DNA of 64,000 nt, taken from the NCBI GenBank assembly GCA_033239445.1, contig GCA_033239445.1_3953.1; one strand, written 5' to 3'. This document shows positions 6,622 through 16,653 of the stretch, one piece after another. The stretch's first letter is position 1. Each line of letters begins with the position of its first letter. The translations under genes and the position numbers were made by a program. The stretch is from a phage. The notes beneath the pieces were generated by a model, which had not been told where the DNA came from, made no database searches, and saw only the letters and a program-made list of their open reading frames with translations.

Positions 6622-7502
6622 TTAAAGCAAAGACATATCCAGATTTTAAAGAGTTCGTTAAAGACTTTGTAGCGAATGTTAAAGCTGGCAAAAGATACGA
6701 CTTCAGAAAGTATCAAGAGGCCGTTCTGCCTCTGACATATAGCTCACCGTGGCCTGAGTCTGATATTCCAGAAGTTACTGACTTCAATTACACACCAGAC
6801 TACACAGTTCCATTTAGTGAAGAACTTTTATATTCAGTTGGTGCTCAGATGAGGACTGCTGACTTCTTCATGGACTTGCAGTATGCAATCATCAATGGGA
6901 AGGATGTTGACACAGTTTATTGTGAATGGTTGGCAAGGGTTAAACCTTTCTCCATGCTTAATGCAAAGTTGAAGGATGCAATCACACCTCCAGTTATTAC
7001 ACAGCAGCCAACTGACCAAACTGTTAACGAGGGTGGAACACTTACACTTTCAGTTGTTGCTACTGGTGCAACTGGTTATCAGTGGAAGAAAGGTGCATCA
7101 AACATCTCTGGAGCAACCTCTGCAACATATACTAAGAATGGCGTAGTCCCTACTGATGCTGGCGCATACACCTGTGTAGTTTCTGGTGAAGGTGGCTCAA
7201 GTGTTAATTCCAACGCTGCCACAGTAACTGTGAATGCACTGCCTGTGATTACACAGCAACCTACTAACCAAGAGATTACAGAGGGAGATACACTCACCCT
7301 TAGCATCGTAGCCACTGGTGCAACTGGTTATCAGTGGAAGAAAGATGATGTAGATATCCCTTCAGCAACATCTGCAACATATGAAAAGACACCGACTTCT
7401 AAAGCTGATGATGAAGGTACTTACTCTTGTGTTGTAACTGGTGTAGGTGGCTCAATCACATCCCAATCTGCCAAGGTGGTTATTAACGCAGTAGGAGGTT
7501 GA
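6618..7502 (+). CDS. protein with two C-terminal Ig-like repeats
   Basis: 294 aa; two tandem ~85-aa repeats (P-V-I-T-Q-Q-P-T ... T-L-T-L-S-x-V-A-T-G-A-T-G-Y-Q-W-K-K ... Y-x-C-V-V) typical of Ig-like domains. Confidence 0.6.
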   Translation: MIKAKTYPDFKEFVKDFVANVKAGKRYDFRKYQEAVLPLTYSSPWPESDIPEVTDFNYTPDYTVPFSEELLYSVGAQMRTADFFMDLQYAIINGKDVDTVYCEWLARVKPFSMLNAKLKDAITPPVITQQPTDQTVNEGGTLTLSVVATGATGYQWKKGASNISGATSATYTKNGVVPTDAGAYTCVVSGEGGSSVNSNAATVTVNALPVITQQPTNQEITEGDTLTLSIVATGATGYQWKKDDVDIPSATSATYEKTPTSKADDEGTYSCVVTGVGGSITSQSAKVVINAVGG

Positions 7503-7969
7503 TAATGCAACTCTCAAGTAAAGGCTTAGAAGCCATTAAGTTCTTTGAAGGGCTTCGTTTAGAAGCCTATAAAGACTCTGCTGGAATCCCTACAATTGGT
7601 TATGGAACAATCCGTATCAACGGAAGACCTGTTACGATGGGGATGAAGATTACTGCTGAACAAGCTGTTCAATATCTCCTTGCAGATGTTGAAAACTATG
7701 TAGGTGCAGTAAACAAAGCAATCAAGGTTCCAACTACGCAGAACGAATTTGATGCACTTGTTGTAGAGACTTACAACATCGGTATCAGTGCTATGCAGGA
7801 TTCAACTTTTATCAAGCGTCACAATGCTGGTAACAAAGTTGGTTGTGCAGAAGCTATGCAGTGGTGGAACAAGATTACAGTGAATGGTCAAAAAGTAACT
7901 TCCAAGGGTCTACAAAATAGACGTAGTTTGGAAGCCAAGATTTACCTTGACGCTGTTTATCCAAAATAG
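7499..7969 (+). CDS. phage lysozyme (GH24-type muramidase, endolysin)
   Basis: 156 aa; N-terminal FEGLRLEAYKDSAGIPTIGYGT matches the GH24 catalytic motif E-x8-D-x5-T. Confidence 0.8.
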   Translation: MIMQLSSKGLEAIKFFEGLRLEAYKDSAGIPTIGYGTIRINGRPVTMGMKITAEQAVQYLLADVENYVGAVNKAIKVPTTQNEFDALVVETYNIGISAMQDSTFIKRHNAGNKVGCAEAMQWWNKITVNGQKVTSKGLQNRRSLEAKIYLDAVYPK

Positions 7970-7979
7970 TAGATTAAGA

Positions 7980-8002
7980 GGCTCCTTCGGGAGCCTTTTT
8001 TA
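7980..8002 (+). terminator. rho-independent terminator after lysozyme
   Basis: ggctcc-ttcg-ggagcc hairpin followed by TTTTTTATTT. Confidence 0.7.
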
Positions 8003-8007
8003 TTTCT

Positions 8008-8418
8008 ATGGAGAAAACTATGAAGCTTTGGGCAAATGATAATGGTACTTTCAAGTACACAAGAAGTGGTATGAAGGTTCGTATTGCAGGAACCAAGTTG
8101 ATTACGATGGGTGACAAGGTGTTCACAAAGTTTGTTGTTGAGGTCATTGAACGCTCACCTATCACAATGGCTAACAAGGGTTTCTTTGCTGGTGAACTGT
8201 ACAACGTTGATGACAATGGCATGTTCTCACCTTTAGGTGAAAGTTCTCTTGATATTATTTCAGAGCACCCCTTGACAAGAGAGCAGTTATCAGGTTACTA
8301 TAAACTTCTACTTGAGCAGAAGAAGAAGTTACACCAGAGTGAGGCGACATACCATAACAATGAGTGTATAAAACTTCTGGATAAAATTGAGAAAGCTGAG
8401 AGAGGTTATTATGAATAA
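8008..8418 (+). CDS. hypothetical protein
   Basis: 136 aa ORF. Confidence 0.5.
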   Translation: MEKTMKLWANDNGTFKYTRSGMKVRIAGTKLITMGDKVFTKFVVEVIERSPITMANKGFFAGELYNVDDNGMFSPLGESSLDIISEHPLTREQLSGYYKLLLEQKKKLHQSEATYHNNECIKLLDKIEKAERGYYE

Positions 8419-8791
8419 GATTGATGTATTGGTTGACACATCCGGTCACGATTTAGATGAGTCTGGTGATTTTGCAAAAGCAATTATTTTCCAAGACAAT
8501 GGAAGACTGAAATTGCAGTTTGAGTCAGGTAGCACCCTATCATACCGTGGTGATGATGCAGACGGTTGTCCAATTTTTGGATGGTTTGACCTGAACTTTC
8601 ACAAATATGCTTACCACTACCCAGATGGTCAGGAAGATTGGACTACACAAGCTATCTTTGATGAACTTAATGGTGTACCTCTAGAAGATGAGGTTTCAGC
8701 ACCAACTCTTCTAACTTTCACCTTCATCAAAGAAGAAAAAGTCGGTGATATCTCCGTAACAGAAGCGTTGCAAGTTACACAGGTAGTTTGA
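8387..8791 (+). CDS. hypothetical protein
   Basis: 134 aa ORF, short overlap with upstream gene. Confidence 0.5.
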   Translation: MRKLREVIMNKIDVLVDTSGHDLDESGDFAKAIIFQDNGRLKLQFESGSTLSYRGDDADGCPIFGWFDLNFHKYAYHYPDGQEDWTTQAIFDELNGVPLEDEVSAPTLLTFTFIKEEKVGDISVTEALQVTQVV

Positions 8792-8792
8792 C

Positions 8793-9086
8793 ATGAGTAA
8801 AGTACAGGTTATCTTTCCGATTAATGATTTCAGCTATGAAGCTGAGTTTGACCTGTACGAAGAACTCACTGATGATGTTATCTGGAGTGTGGTGACAAAG
8901 GCCATTAAGAGACTTTATGGTGGCCTTTTAAACCCTAATAACCCAAAAGTATCAACAAAGCAAGTTTCTGAGCCATACACCAGCTATGATGCTGAAAAGA
9001 GTAAGTTCGAGATTACTTGCTATGACCTTCTGGTATCTGATAACAAAATCAACTACTTCTTCGTCAGAGAATATACAGATGCTTAA
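8793..9086 (+). CDS. hypothetical protein
   Basis: 97 aa ORF. Confidence 0.45.
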   Translation: MSKVQVIFPINDFSYEAEFDLYEELTDDVIWSVVTKAIKRLYGGLLNPNNPKVSTKQVSEPYTSYDAEKSKFEITCYDLLVSDNKINYFFVREYTDA

Positions 9087-9423
9087 GCTCCACATCGTTG
9101 TTTATAAGAATTTTGCAGATATACAAGAAGCCCTGTCATCGAGGCTGGACAAATGTCAGCAAAGACTATTTCTGATGTTTGATATGCTTGACTATAAACA
9201 ACCTGATAAGCTTGTATATAAAGATGGTACAGTAATCTTTAAAAGTGAAGAGTCAGTGACCATCTTTGTTAAGCATGATATGCCAGCTAAAAATATAGGG
9301 ATGCTTGAGTTCTACATCTACCAATCCACAGGTATGCGTGGTGAGGGCATCAAAATAGATTCTATTGAGGTCTTTGAAAAACCAAAGACACCACTTAAAA
9401 AGTATTTAGTGAGGAAGTTATAG
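9079..9423 (+). CDS. hypothetical protein
   Basis: ORF-track frame 8986-9423 trimmed to in-frame ATG at 9079 to avoid long overlap. Confidence 0.45.
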   Translation: MLKLHIVVYKNFADIQEALSSRLDKCQQRLFLMFDMLDYKQPDKLVYKDGTVIFKSEESVTIFVKHDMPAKNIGMLEFYIYQSTGMRGEGIKIDSIEVFEKPKTPLKKYLVRKL

Positions 9424-9424
9424 T

Positions 9425-10018
9425 ATGAGTGTACACATTAAAGAAAAGGGTGGAGTTGATTCTCCACAAGTTGCATTAGTCCAACACTACGGTAATGTTC
9501 AGGGTGTGCTTGCTGCGTTCCAGCCAAACATTAACTCACCAGCAAAAGTTGTCAAATTGACTATGGATGTGAACAACATCTCTGCATGTATCATTGAAGA
9601 TGTACAGTACTTTAAGTTCTCATCTAAAGAAGTTGATGAAGCACTTCTGAAGTACCGTTTAGACCTTGAGAAAGACATTAACCACCAAGAGGTTGTGAAA
9701 CTGTTTGGTGACCTACATGATATGCTTGATAAAGTCCACAAGCGTACATATTACATGAATGGTGGTTCAGTTATCACTACGTACACTTCTCCATTCACTA
9801 AAGAGGTCATCTTAACCGATGATGAGCAGTTCTTTGTTATGACTGCTTCAAGCTCAGATTGGTGGATGAAGAACACAGGAATGAAGACGATTATTGAAGC
9901 TATTCGTCAGCATATCCCAAACTTCAGCCCTTGGAAGGGTGCTTCTGATGACTTCATAGCTATCCTTGAAGATGTTCGAAGCAGAAAAAGTAAATTACTG
10001 CCTAGAAAATATACTTGA
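9425..10018 (+). CDS. hypothetical protein
   Basis: 197 aa ORF. Confidence 0.55.
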   Translation: MSVHIKEKGGVDSPQVALVQHYGNVQGVLAAFQPNINSPAKVVKLTMDVNNISACIIEDVQYFKFSSKEVDEALLKYRLDLEKDINHQEVVKLFGDLHDMLDKVHKRTYYMNGGSVITTYTSPFTKEVILTDDEQFFVMTASSSDWWMKNTGMKTIIEAIRQHIPNFSPWKGASDDFIAILEDVRSRKSKLLPRKYT

Positions 10019-10088
10019 CAGTAATATCTAGAATTTTGTATGATGGGAGCTATCGAAAGGTGGTTCCCTTTTTTATTGGAGAGATAAA

Positions 10089-10829
10089 ATGGTTAAAGTT
10101 AAAGAGACAGACACAATTTACATTTATGTAAAGGCTTCACCATCCCAAAGAACTAAGGCATTTGTTACGTATGTGTCTGATAGCGGGGTTGTGTACTTCC
10201 GACCTATGAAGACATTACATTTCAAGATTTATCCAGCAACATCACTTGGTCCAGAAGCACACTTATGGGCTGGTAAAGTCTATTCGACCACTGATATTGA
10301 AAACTTAACCTTCACAGGAAGCTTCAGAAAGCTTCTGGGTATTTCTTTACAAGATACTGTGGTAGGGGATGAAGAAGAAACTGAAAAGGCAACTTTTGAG
10401 GCAACTCCGACTCTGAAGAAAGAGGCAACTCCAAAGGTTAGAACGATTGATGTTACTATAGAGGCTCCTACACACAGACTTGCAGATGTACCTGAGCAAG
10501 AGTCTCGATACCAAACTAAAGAAGATGGTCATCAAACTCTGGTTGTAGATAACGTCAGAGATTACTTCAAGTATTTCTGTGATGCAAATCCACATAGTCA
10601 TGCTTGGACTACACCACAAAAGAAATTTAACTCCATGTTGACCAGCGCTTGTGAAGATGCTAAAAAGAATGTGGAAGAGTTAAAAGAAGCAATCAGTGTC
10701 ACAGACCATGTGGTTAATAAGAATGACATTGAGTACACAGTAAGAATGATGTTAAAAGCTGGTTTCACACCTTATCAGATTGCTGAAGAGATTCAAAGGC
10801 AATTCTACAACGCAATGGTGAAAGAATGA
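10089..10829 (+). CDS. hypothetical protein
   Basis: 246 aa ORF. Confidence 0.55.
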   Translation: MVKVKETDTIYIYVKASPSQRTKAFVTYVSDSGVVYFRPMKTLHFKIYPATSLGPEAHLWAGKVYSTTDIENLTFTGSFRKLLGISLQDTVVGDEEETEKATFEATPTLKKEATPKVRTIDVTIEAPTHRLADVPEQESRYQTKEDGHQTLVVDNVRDYFKYFCDANPHSHAWTTPQKKFNSMLTSACEDAKKNVEELKEAISVTDHVVNKNDIEYTVRMMLKAGFTPYQIAEEIQRQFYNAMVKE

Positions 10830-11044
10830 AAAAGTTTACAACTTTAGGTGAATACTGGAAGCTCTCTGTTTCTGAGCAGTACAGACGAGCTAAGAAGACT
10901 AAACAGTGTTATGGCAAAATTGCCAGAGGTGATATCTTAGTATGTACTGAAGAATCACTTAAGAACGTTACTCCCAGAGGTAAGACATTCCAGAGAATGA
11001 TTGACAGAGAGTGGAATGCACGATTAAAGAGGATTGAACAATGA
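10826..11044 (+). CDS. hypothetical protein
   Basis: 72 aa ORF, start overlaps upstream stop. Confidence 0.4.
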   Translation: MKKFTTLGEYWKLSVSEQYRRAKKTKQCYGKIARGDILVCTEESLKNVTPRGKTFQRMIDREWNARLKRIEQ

Positions 11045-11547
11045 TTTACGAAGATTCAAGAGACCAGATTTCTTATGAGAAGTCAAGACACCATGTATCT
11101 TTCAAGATTGTGAAAGCAAACGGTGATAAAGGAACTATTTCACACTTCGGAGGTGAAAATTGGTTTGGTACAGGATGCTTTGAAGGTTACAGCAGAGAAT
11201 ACTTGAAAGCTTTCTACAGAGACTTCTCAGCAGACTACAACGAACTTATCAATCTGGAAAATAAGCGTAGAAATGCTGAGTATAACACCAGAGGATGGGC
11301 AGGGATAGCAATTATGTTATCTGTAGTTCTTGCTATGATTTGTATCATCTCTTTTGGAAGTGTGTACATGCAAGACTTAACGTTTAACCAAGCTGAGAAG
11401 AAAATTTCTGAGATTTGGTTCTTGTATGTGATTCCAATAGTTGGTATCATCCTATCATGTTTGAGAATGACGACTTACAAGAAGAAGATTGTAGAGTTTG
11501 AGAGTAAGTTTGAAGAGGTAAGTAAAGAATGCAACCTAAAATTTTAG
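11041..11547 (+). CDS. hypothetical membrane protein
   Basis: 168 aa; two hydrophobic helices (WAGIAIMLSVVLAMICIISFG, WFLYVIPIVGIILSCL). Confidence 0.5.
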   Translation: MIYEDSRDQISYEKSRHHVSFKIVKANGDKGTISHFGGENWFGTGCFEGYSREYLKAFYRDFSADYNELINLENKRRNAEYNTRGWAGIAIMLSVVLAMICIISFGSVYMQDLTFNQAEKKISEIWFLYVIPIVGIILSCLRMTTYKKKIVEFESKFEEVSKECNLKF

Positions 11548-11617
11548 TAATTTGTATCCGCTATGCTATTGCGGAAATGATTAACCAGAAAATCCTAAAA
11601 GATATCTCGGAGGGTAA

Positions 11618-11827
11618 ATGATTAGAACACCTGTCAAGCCTTTTGGCTTTAACACTCTGGAAGAGTTCAAAGAGTACCTTGAGAAAGGTTTCTACAACGA
11701 ACAGCCAGTAACAGTGATTAAATCTGACTTAGCACAGCTTGTTGACATTGCTATTGCATCAACTGAGACTAAGAAGAAAGATAAAAAGACTTTATCAAAG
11801 AAAGATAAAGAATCTGTTGAAGAGTAA
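11618..11827 (+). CDS. hypothetical protein
   Basis: 69 aa ORF. Confidence 0.4.
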   Translation: MIRTPVKPFGFNTLEEFKEYLEKGFYNEQPVTVIKSDLAQLVDIAIASTETKKKDKKTLSKKDKESVEE

Positions 11828-11870
11828 TCTGTCAAGGGGTGTAAAAGCCCCTGTTTAGAGGTAGCGAAAA

Positions 11871-12326
11871 ATGAGTTTAAAATTGAAAGAAGGTCAGAAA
11901 GTTGTCGTTGTTGATTATGCCACAAAGACCGTGATGGCAAAAGGTGAAGTCACTGAGATATACACTTCAGCAGCATACCCTATCGCTGTAAGGATTGACA
12001 ACTCCTTTGTAAAAACCTGCTGTGATGAGGATATGCCATTTCAATCTGGAGAACGCTTAACATTCAATAGTGAGTATCTGTTTCGTGGTAAACATCATAG
12101 CTCACATAATGATTTTGATTTAGAAGTTCTCTCTGAGGAATACTATAACAGAGTTTACCTTGAAAGAGTCTCAAGCACTTACAAGTATCTGATGGATTCC
12201 TTCTTAAAAGAAGCTGTAAAGGTTTCTGAAGATGTAGATAAAGCAATTGCTTTGTTGATTCCACACATCAAGTCTGGTAAATTATCTGTAGAGGCAGTTA
12301 AAGCACTTATTGAGGAAAATCTATGA
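11871..12326 (+). CDS. hypothetical protein
   Basis: 151 aa ORF. Confidence 0.5.
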   Translation: MSLKLKEGQKVVVVDYATKTVMAKGEVTEIYTSAAYPIAVRIDNSFVKTCCDEDMPFQSGERLTFNSEYLFRGKHHSSHNDFDLEVLSEEYYNRVYLERVSSTYKYLMDSFLKEAVKVSEDVDKAIALLIPHIKSGKLSVEAVKALIEENL

Positions 12327-12619
12327 CTCCACAATCCAGAGGCGTTAAAGGTATCCATCCTCCAAAGGGTGGTTGGAAAGATAACACTTTCTACATCGTT
12401 GAAGTTGCTTACAAGCCACTTAACATGATTCATAAAGCGATGTTCTACACAGGGTTCTGTGATGATAACGGTGTACCTGCTGGTTACAACTGGCTTATGA
12501 ATGGTGGTTATGAAGAACTTTGCAGTATTCAAGAAGCTTATTACTTGAAAGCTATTGCAGAGTTACCTGATGAGTTTCAAATTGAGAGAGATGAGGATTG
12601 GAGAGATGAAGAATGTTAA
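12323..12619 (+). CDS. hypothetical protein
   Basis: 98 aa ORF. Confidence 0.45.
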   Translation: MTPQSRGVKGIHPPKGGWKDNTFYIVEVAYKPLNMIHKAMFYTGFCDDNGVPAGYNWLMNGGYEELCSIQEAYYLKAIAELPDEFQIERDEDWRDEEC

Positions 12620-13040
12620 AGAGACAGTACGCAAAGCTATGCTTAACAACGGTACTAAAGATGATATGTACAAAGATATCGTTGCAGAACTTGGTTGCTC
12701 AAGACATGCTGCAAAGGTTCTTCTCCATAGCTTTATCTGGGAGTGTTCAGAAGCTTACATGCAATCTGTAATAACTGAAGGGCTTGATATGTCTCTACCT
12801 GAACGCTTCAAAGAAGAGACTAAGGCTAGTTCCATAAAGCTAAACACACTCTATATTGTAGAAACCGTTGATACAGGTGAACCAGTAGGCACAATACATA
12901 TTGAAAGTATGTGTGATGGTAAGTTCCTCGGTTATGGTGAAGCAAACGCATATAGTGCATTCTCAACCGCACACTGGATAGTTGAAAATGATGGGTATAT
13001 TCAGGTCAATGGTAAAAATACTTTCAAACTTAAGATGTGA
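12606..13040 (+). CDS. hypothetical protein
   Basis: ORF-track frame 12555-13040 trimmed to ATG at 12606. Confidence 0.45.
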   Translation: MKNVKETVRKAMLNNGTKDDMYKDIVAELGCSRHAAKVLLHSFIWECSEAYMQSVITEGLDMSLPERFKEETKASSIKLNTLYIVETVDTGEPVGTIHIESMCDGKFLGYGEANAYSAFSTAHWIVENDGYIQVNGKNTFKLKM

Positions 13041-13708
13041 TTATGGGACACCTACTGAAGAAGAGTTGGAAGAACTTAACAGATATGGTTCCCCATCTGA
13101 AGAGGAAGAGAAAGAACTCCGAAGAATGGGAAGCAATTACTAAGAAATGCTTTAAGGATTTGATAGAGATGAAAAAGTTTAAACTTGAAAGAAAGTATCT
13201 GGTACTTAGCCTAGATGATATCAACACACATCTTGATGAAAGTGAGAAGTGGTCTTTAGACTTACTTGTTAATCGACTTAAGATGGAACGAGAAGATTCA
13301 GGTAAAGAGCCACTTGAAGGTGTCTTTGTCAAGAAGTCTTATCCGTTCTTTGAAGATACTTTGAAGAAACTTGAGATGTATGTTAAGCAGCAGAACCGTA
13401 AAGAGTTCTCTATGATTTCTCTTGGTGGACAACAAATGCTGGTTATGGAAGATATAAACCCTAAGAGAACCAACAAAGGTGTTTGTATCAAGGTCACAGG
13501 TAAAGAAGAATTTGTTGAATATGACATACTCAGACACATTATAGATGGTTTGGGTGTTGTACTGAACATGAATGAATACCATATTAGTTCACACCCGATT
13601 AAGGGTGACCAGATAATGATTCAGGTAAGAGAACGGCATAATGGGTTCACACACTTCTTCCAGACTTCTAAAACTTCATTGCAAGCCATGCTTAGTGAAT
13701 TGATGTAA
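13037..13708 (+). CDS. hypothetical protein
   Basis: 223 aa ORF; last gene of the plus block. Confidence 0.55.
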   Translation: MIMGHLLKKSWKNLTDMVPHLKRKRKNSEEWEAITKKCFKDLIEMKKFKLERKYLVLSLDDINTHLDESEKWSLDLLVNRLKMEREDSGKEPLEGVFVKKSYPFFEDTLKKLEMYVKQQNRKEFSMISLGGQQMLVMEDINPKRTNKGVCIKVTGKEEFVEYDILRHIIDGLGVVLNMNEYHISSHPIKGDQIMIQVRERHNGFTHFFQTSKTSLQAMLSELM

Positions 13709-13716
13709 GACTATAC

Positions 13717-13740
13717 AGCCCCTTAATTGGGGCTTTTTAT
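13717..13740 (+). terminator. rho-independent terminator
   Basis: agcccc-ttaatt-ggggct hairpin followed by TTTTTATT. Confidence 0.6.
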
Positions 13741-15224
13741 TGAGTAAAATTTACGAAATTTATAATTTTTATAAAATTTGGGATTCACTCCGTTCATCTT
13801 GGGTCACCATGATATGTGATAAAATATCTATACCCTTCTAAACACCCTCTCTAAGCATCATCTCTATATAGTATTATATAGTATTATATAGTATCTATAT
13901 AGCCTCTTAGTCCCTAAATAGTGCTCTCTATATAGCCCTCTATAAAGCCTTCTAAGCCTACCATTAATCAACCCTATACAATCACCTTCCTAACCTCTTC
14001 CTAGCCCCTTAGAAGCCCCTATACTCATCTTAATCTCTAGGTAAACGATAGTACCCTATATAGCAGAATCACTAGGTATTACTAAGCCTCTATATAGACT
14101 GTTATATAGCACTAAACAGGTATTCCCTGTAAAGGCTTATCCTACAAGGTCTAACACGGTACTAACAAGGTCTCTTATAAGCCTGTTAATTCCTGTTTTA
14201 TATAAGATAGTGTATAGATAGTTATTCAGAATTATAAAATTTTTATAAAATAGACTAGGTAGGTTACTTTTTAGGGTCTTTGGAGAATCTGAAAAATATC
14301 TACAGAGGATGTATATCTGCTTGGTAGCCCTTAACAGCCCTGTAACATCCCCTTTGCAAAATCTTAAAATATCATTAACAATCTCTTAACAACTCTTCCA
14401 AGTCCTTAACATCTCTCCAGAGTTCTTAACAGTCTCTTAACAGAACTAACAAGAGCTTAACAAGTCTGTAACATTACTAACAAGAGTCTAACAAGTTGCT
14501 TATAAGTTGCTAAATAGTTAAATCTTAAGAGTTATTTTGTTAAGATAATTAACAAGTTCTAAACCTTTTTAACAAGCTATTAACATGGTCACTATCTCTT
14601 GGTCTATAGTTCCTTATCCTTTCTTAGTGATTCTCTATAAAGCCCTGTATAGCTCTGTATAGCCTCTTCTAAGATTCTCCCTAGTAACTACACCCCAACT
14701 ACCTGTATAGCTCTTTGTAGGGCTTTCTAGGGGCTTATACAGGGACTTCAAAGAGTCTAACAAGCTCTTAACATACCACTAACAAGGATTTAACAAGGGG
14801 CTAACAAGCATAACTATGTTGCATTTGTTAAGATTTTGTTAAGAGAATGTAAAGGGGGCTAACTTTTACGTTACTTTTAAGCTCTTTTTAGACTCCATAA
14901 CATACTTTGAAGTAACTATCAAGCCCCTGTTTAACCATTCACAAGATTCTATCCAGCTTATAAGCTTATACCCTTATAAGATTCTTTTAAGGCTCTAGAA
15001 AGCTCTATAAAGGGTTTTTAAGAAGTGGTTAATATGATTGCTTAAGATGAGATGATAAGCCCGTATAGAGCGTTATAGAGCGTTTTAGGGATTGCCCTTC
15101 CCTTTCGGGTTATGGGCTTATATTTAAGTTGATTTGATAAGAGGATATAGAGTAAGCTATAGAGTTATTATTCTAAATGTATGGGATAGATTCTAGGAAG
15201 GTTTCTTTATAGACGTAAAAAGCC
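13741..15224. repeat. 1.5-kb non-coding region rich in short direct repeats (tattatatag x3, CTGTATAGC copies, about 15 YTAACAAG copies, tatagagcgt x2)
   Basis: No ORF of 60 aa or more on either strand; lies between the 3-prime ends of convergent gene blocks. Confidence 0.6.
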
Positions 15225-15250
15225 CCATCTAAGGGGCTGTAAAGGTGTCT
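15225..15250 (-). terminator. rho-independent terminator (minus strand)
   Basis: On the minus strand agcccc-ttagat-ggggct followed by TTTTTA. Confidence 0.55.
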
Positions 15251-15279
15251 GGGGCTATTTGCCCCGTTGCGGCGACTTG

Positions 15280-15531
15280 TTAGTTATTGAAGCCGTCAAC
15301 TTCATAGTAAAGCGTGATAAGAGAATCACCCCAATAGTAAGAGGATTTACCATCCTTTAAGACTTCTTGTTTTACTTCTTTCCAGAACCACTCAGATTGA
15401 TTGTAGTCCTGAATAGTTGCTTTTAGACACATATCAACCATGCCAAAAACATCGCCAGTTCCAACCATATCAAATTTAACATCTAATACATGGAAGCCAA
15501 AATTGTTAACAGTTGCGTGGATAGTAGCCAT
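15280..15531 (-). CDS. small hypothetical protein (small-gene array)
   Basis: 83 aa; ATG preceded by conserved leader CCTAAACTGGAGAATCTGAAA with SD GGAGA. Confidence 0.55.
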   Translation of the reverse strand: MATIHATVNNFGFHVLDVKFDMVGTGDVFGMVDMCLKATIQDYNQSEWFWKEVKQEVLKDGKSSYYWGDSLITLYYEVDGFNN

Positions 15532-15596
15532 TTTCAGATTCTCCAGTTTAGGAATTTAGGTTAGTGGGGAAGTCTCCCTCCCCGTTGAAAGTAATA
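15532..15596 (-). promoter_or_regulatory. conserved leader cassette, type II (GC-rich hairpin plus shared SD leader)
   Basis: ggggaagtctccctcccc hairpin followed on the minus strand by AACCTAAATTCCTAAACTGGAGAATCTGAAA-ATG. Confidence 0.5.
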
Positions 15597-15860
15597 TTAA
15601 TTCATTGCTGCATAAGTTGCAAGTCTTTTTTCATTGTATTTTGTAAGAATCTCACAAGATAAAACGTCATACTTTGCAACGGCTTCAGATTTAGTTAAAC
15701 CGAAATGGCTTACAATTTCACCATTCATGAATCCGACTACTTCATAAGATTCTGCGATGATTTCACCGTTGAACCAATCACTTTCAATACGTTTGCAAAG
15801 TTGGATATCTTCTTTGTCAGTACCGATTTGTAACAGGATAGTGATTTCTTGATTATTCAT
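15597..15860 (-). CDS. small hypothetical protein (small-gene array)
   Basis: 87 aa; conserved leader upstream. Confidence 0.55.
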   Translation of the reverse strand: MNNQEITILLQIGTDKEDIQLCKRIESDWFNGEIIAESYEVVGFMNGEIVSHFGLTKSEAVAKYDVLSCEILTKYNEKRLATYAAMN

Positions 15861-15920
15861 TTTCTAGTCTCCAGTTTAGGATTGTTGGGGAAGGTCATTC
15901 CCTCCCCGTTGATAAGTACT
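15861..15920 (-). promoter_or_regulatory. conserved leader cassette, type II
   Basis: ggggaaggtcattccctcccc hairpin plus CCTAAACTGGAGA leader. Confidence 0.5.
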
Positions 15921-16448
15921 TTATAGATTTGTGATGATTTCGTCAAGGGAATTTTCTAAGTTTTTTAAAGATTGTTCGTAAAGCCTAATTCCCCTATTTA
16001 ATGCTTCCCCTAACGTAATTTTAAAATTAGTTGTTGGGTAGTCACTTGTAAAGATGTTTTCCACTTCATAGAGTGGGTATTGTTGGTTACCCGTTCCCAT
16101 AGCATACATGCCTGTATAGTGGATTGCAATAAAAAGATTATGGGACTTAATAGAGCGCTCATAAGCCATTTTAAAGCGGTTTAACTCGTTTTTAGTTGCC
16201 TTAATAGCCATTTCGTGAATTTCTGCGACTATAGCCATATAATCATTCAGAATAAGAGAAATAGCCCCCATAAAGTTGTTGGCTGTTACCGCTTTTACAT
16301 TTGGTCGGTGTACATAAAACTTCTTACCTTCCCCTTTTGTGATAACTGCAAAAACTTTGCTCTTTAAGGTAAATTCCCAAGTATCTTTACAAGGCTTGCT
16401 CATCACTTCACGGCTACGGATTGCATTAACAGTATTAAACTTATTCAT
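15921..16448 (-). CDS. hypothetical protein (small-gene array)
   Basis: 175 aa; conserved leader upstream. Confidence 0.6.
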   Translation of the reverse strand: MNKFNTVNAIRSREVMSKPCKDTWEFTLKSKVFAVITKGEGKKFYVHRPNVKAVTANNFMGAISLILNDYMAIVAEIHEMAIKATKNELNRFKMAYERSIKSHNLFIAIHYTGMYAMGTGNQQYPLYEVENIFTSDYPTTNFKITLGEALNRGIRLYEQSLKNLENSLDEIITNL

Positions 16449-16512
16449 TCTAGATTCTCCAGTTTAGGAATTTTGTTTAGTGGGGAAGTCTCCCTCCCCG
16501 TTGATGAATACT
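16449..16512 (-). promoter_or_regulatory. conserved leader cassette, type II
   Basis: ggggaagtctccctcccc hairpin plus CCTAAACTGGAGAATCTAGA leader. Confidence 0.5.
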
Positions 16513-16653
16513 TTACTTGTTTTGATTCTGCATTGCAAGTAGTTTTTTATCAAAAAGTTTATCTGAGATTTCACCAATGATGAGCATTGCTAATGGCAAC
16601 ACAACAGAAACAATCATACCGCAAAGGATAGGGTTTTTAATGATATCTAACAT
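16513..16653 (-). CDS. small hypothetical membrane protein (46 aa)
   Basis: Below ORF-track cutoff; ATG preceded by CCTAAACTGGAGAATCAC leader; C-terminus LAMQNQNK identical to that of 20006-20353. Confidence 0.4.
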   Translation of the reverse strand: MLDIIKNPILCGMIVSVVLPLAMLIIGEISDKLFDKKLLAMQNQNK

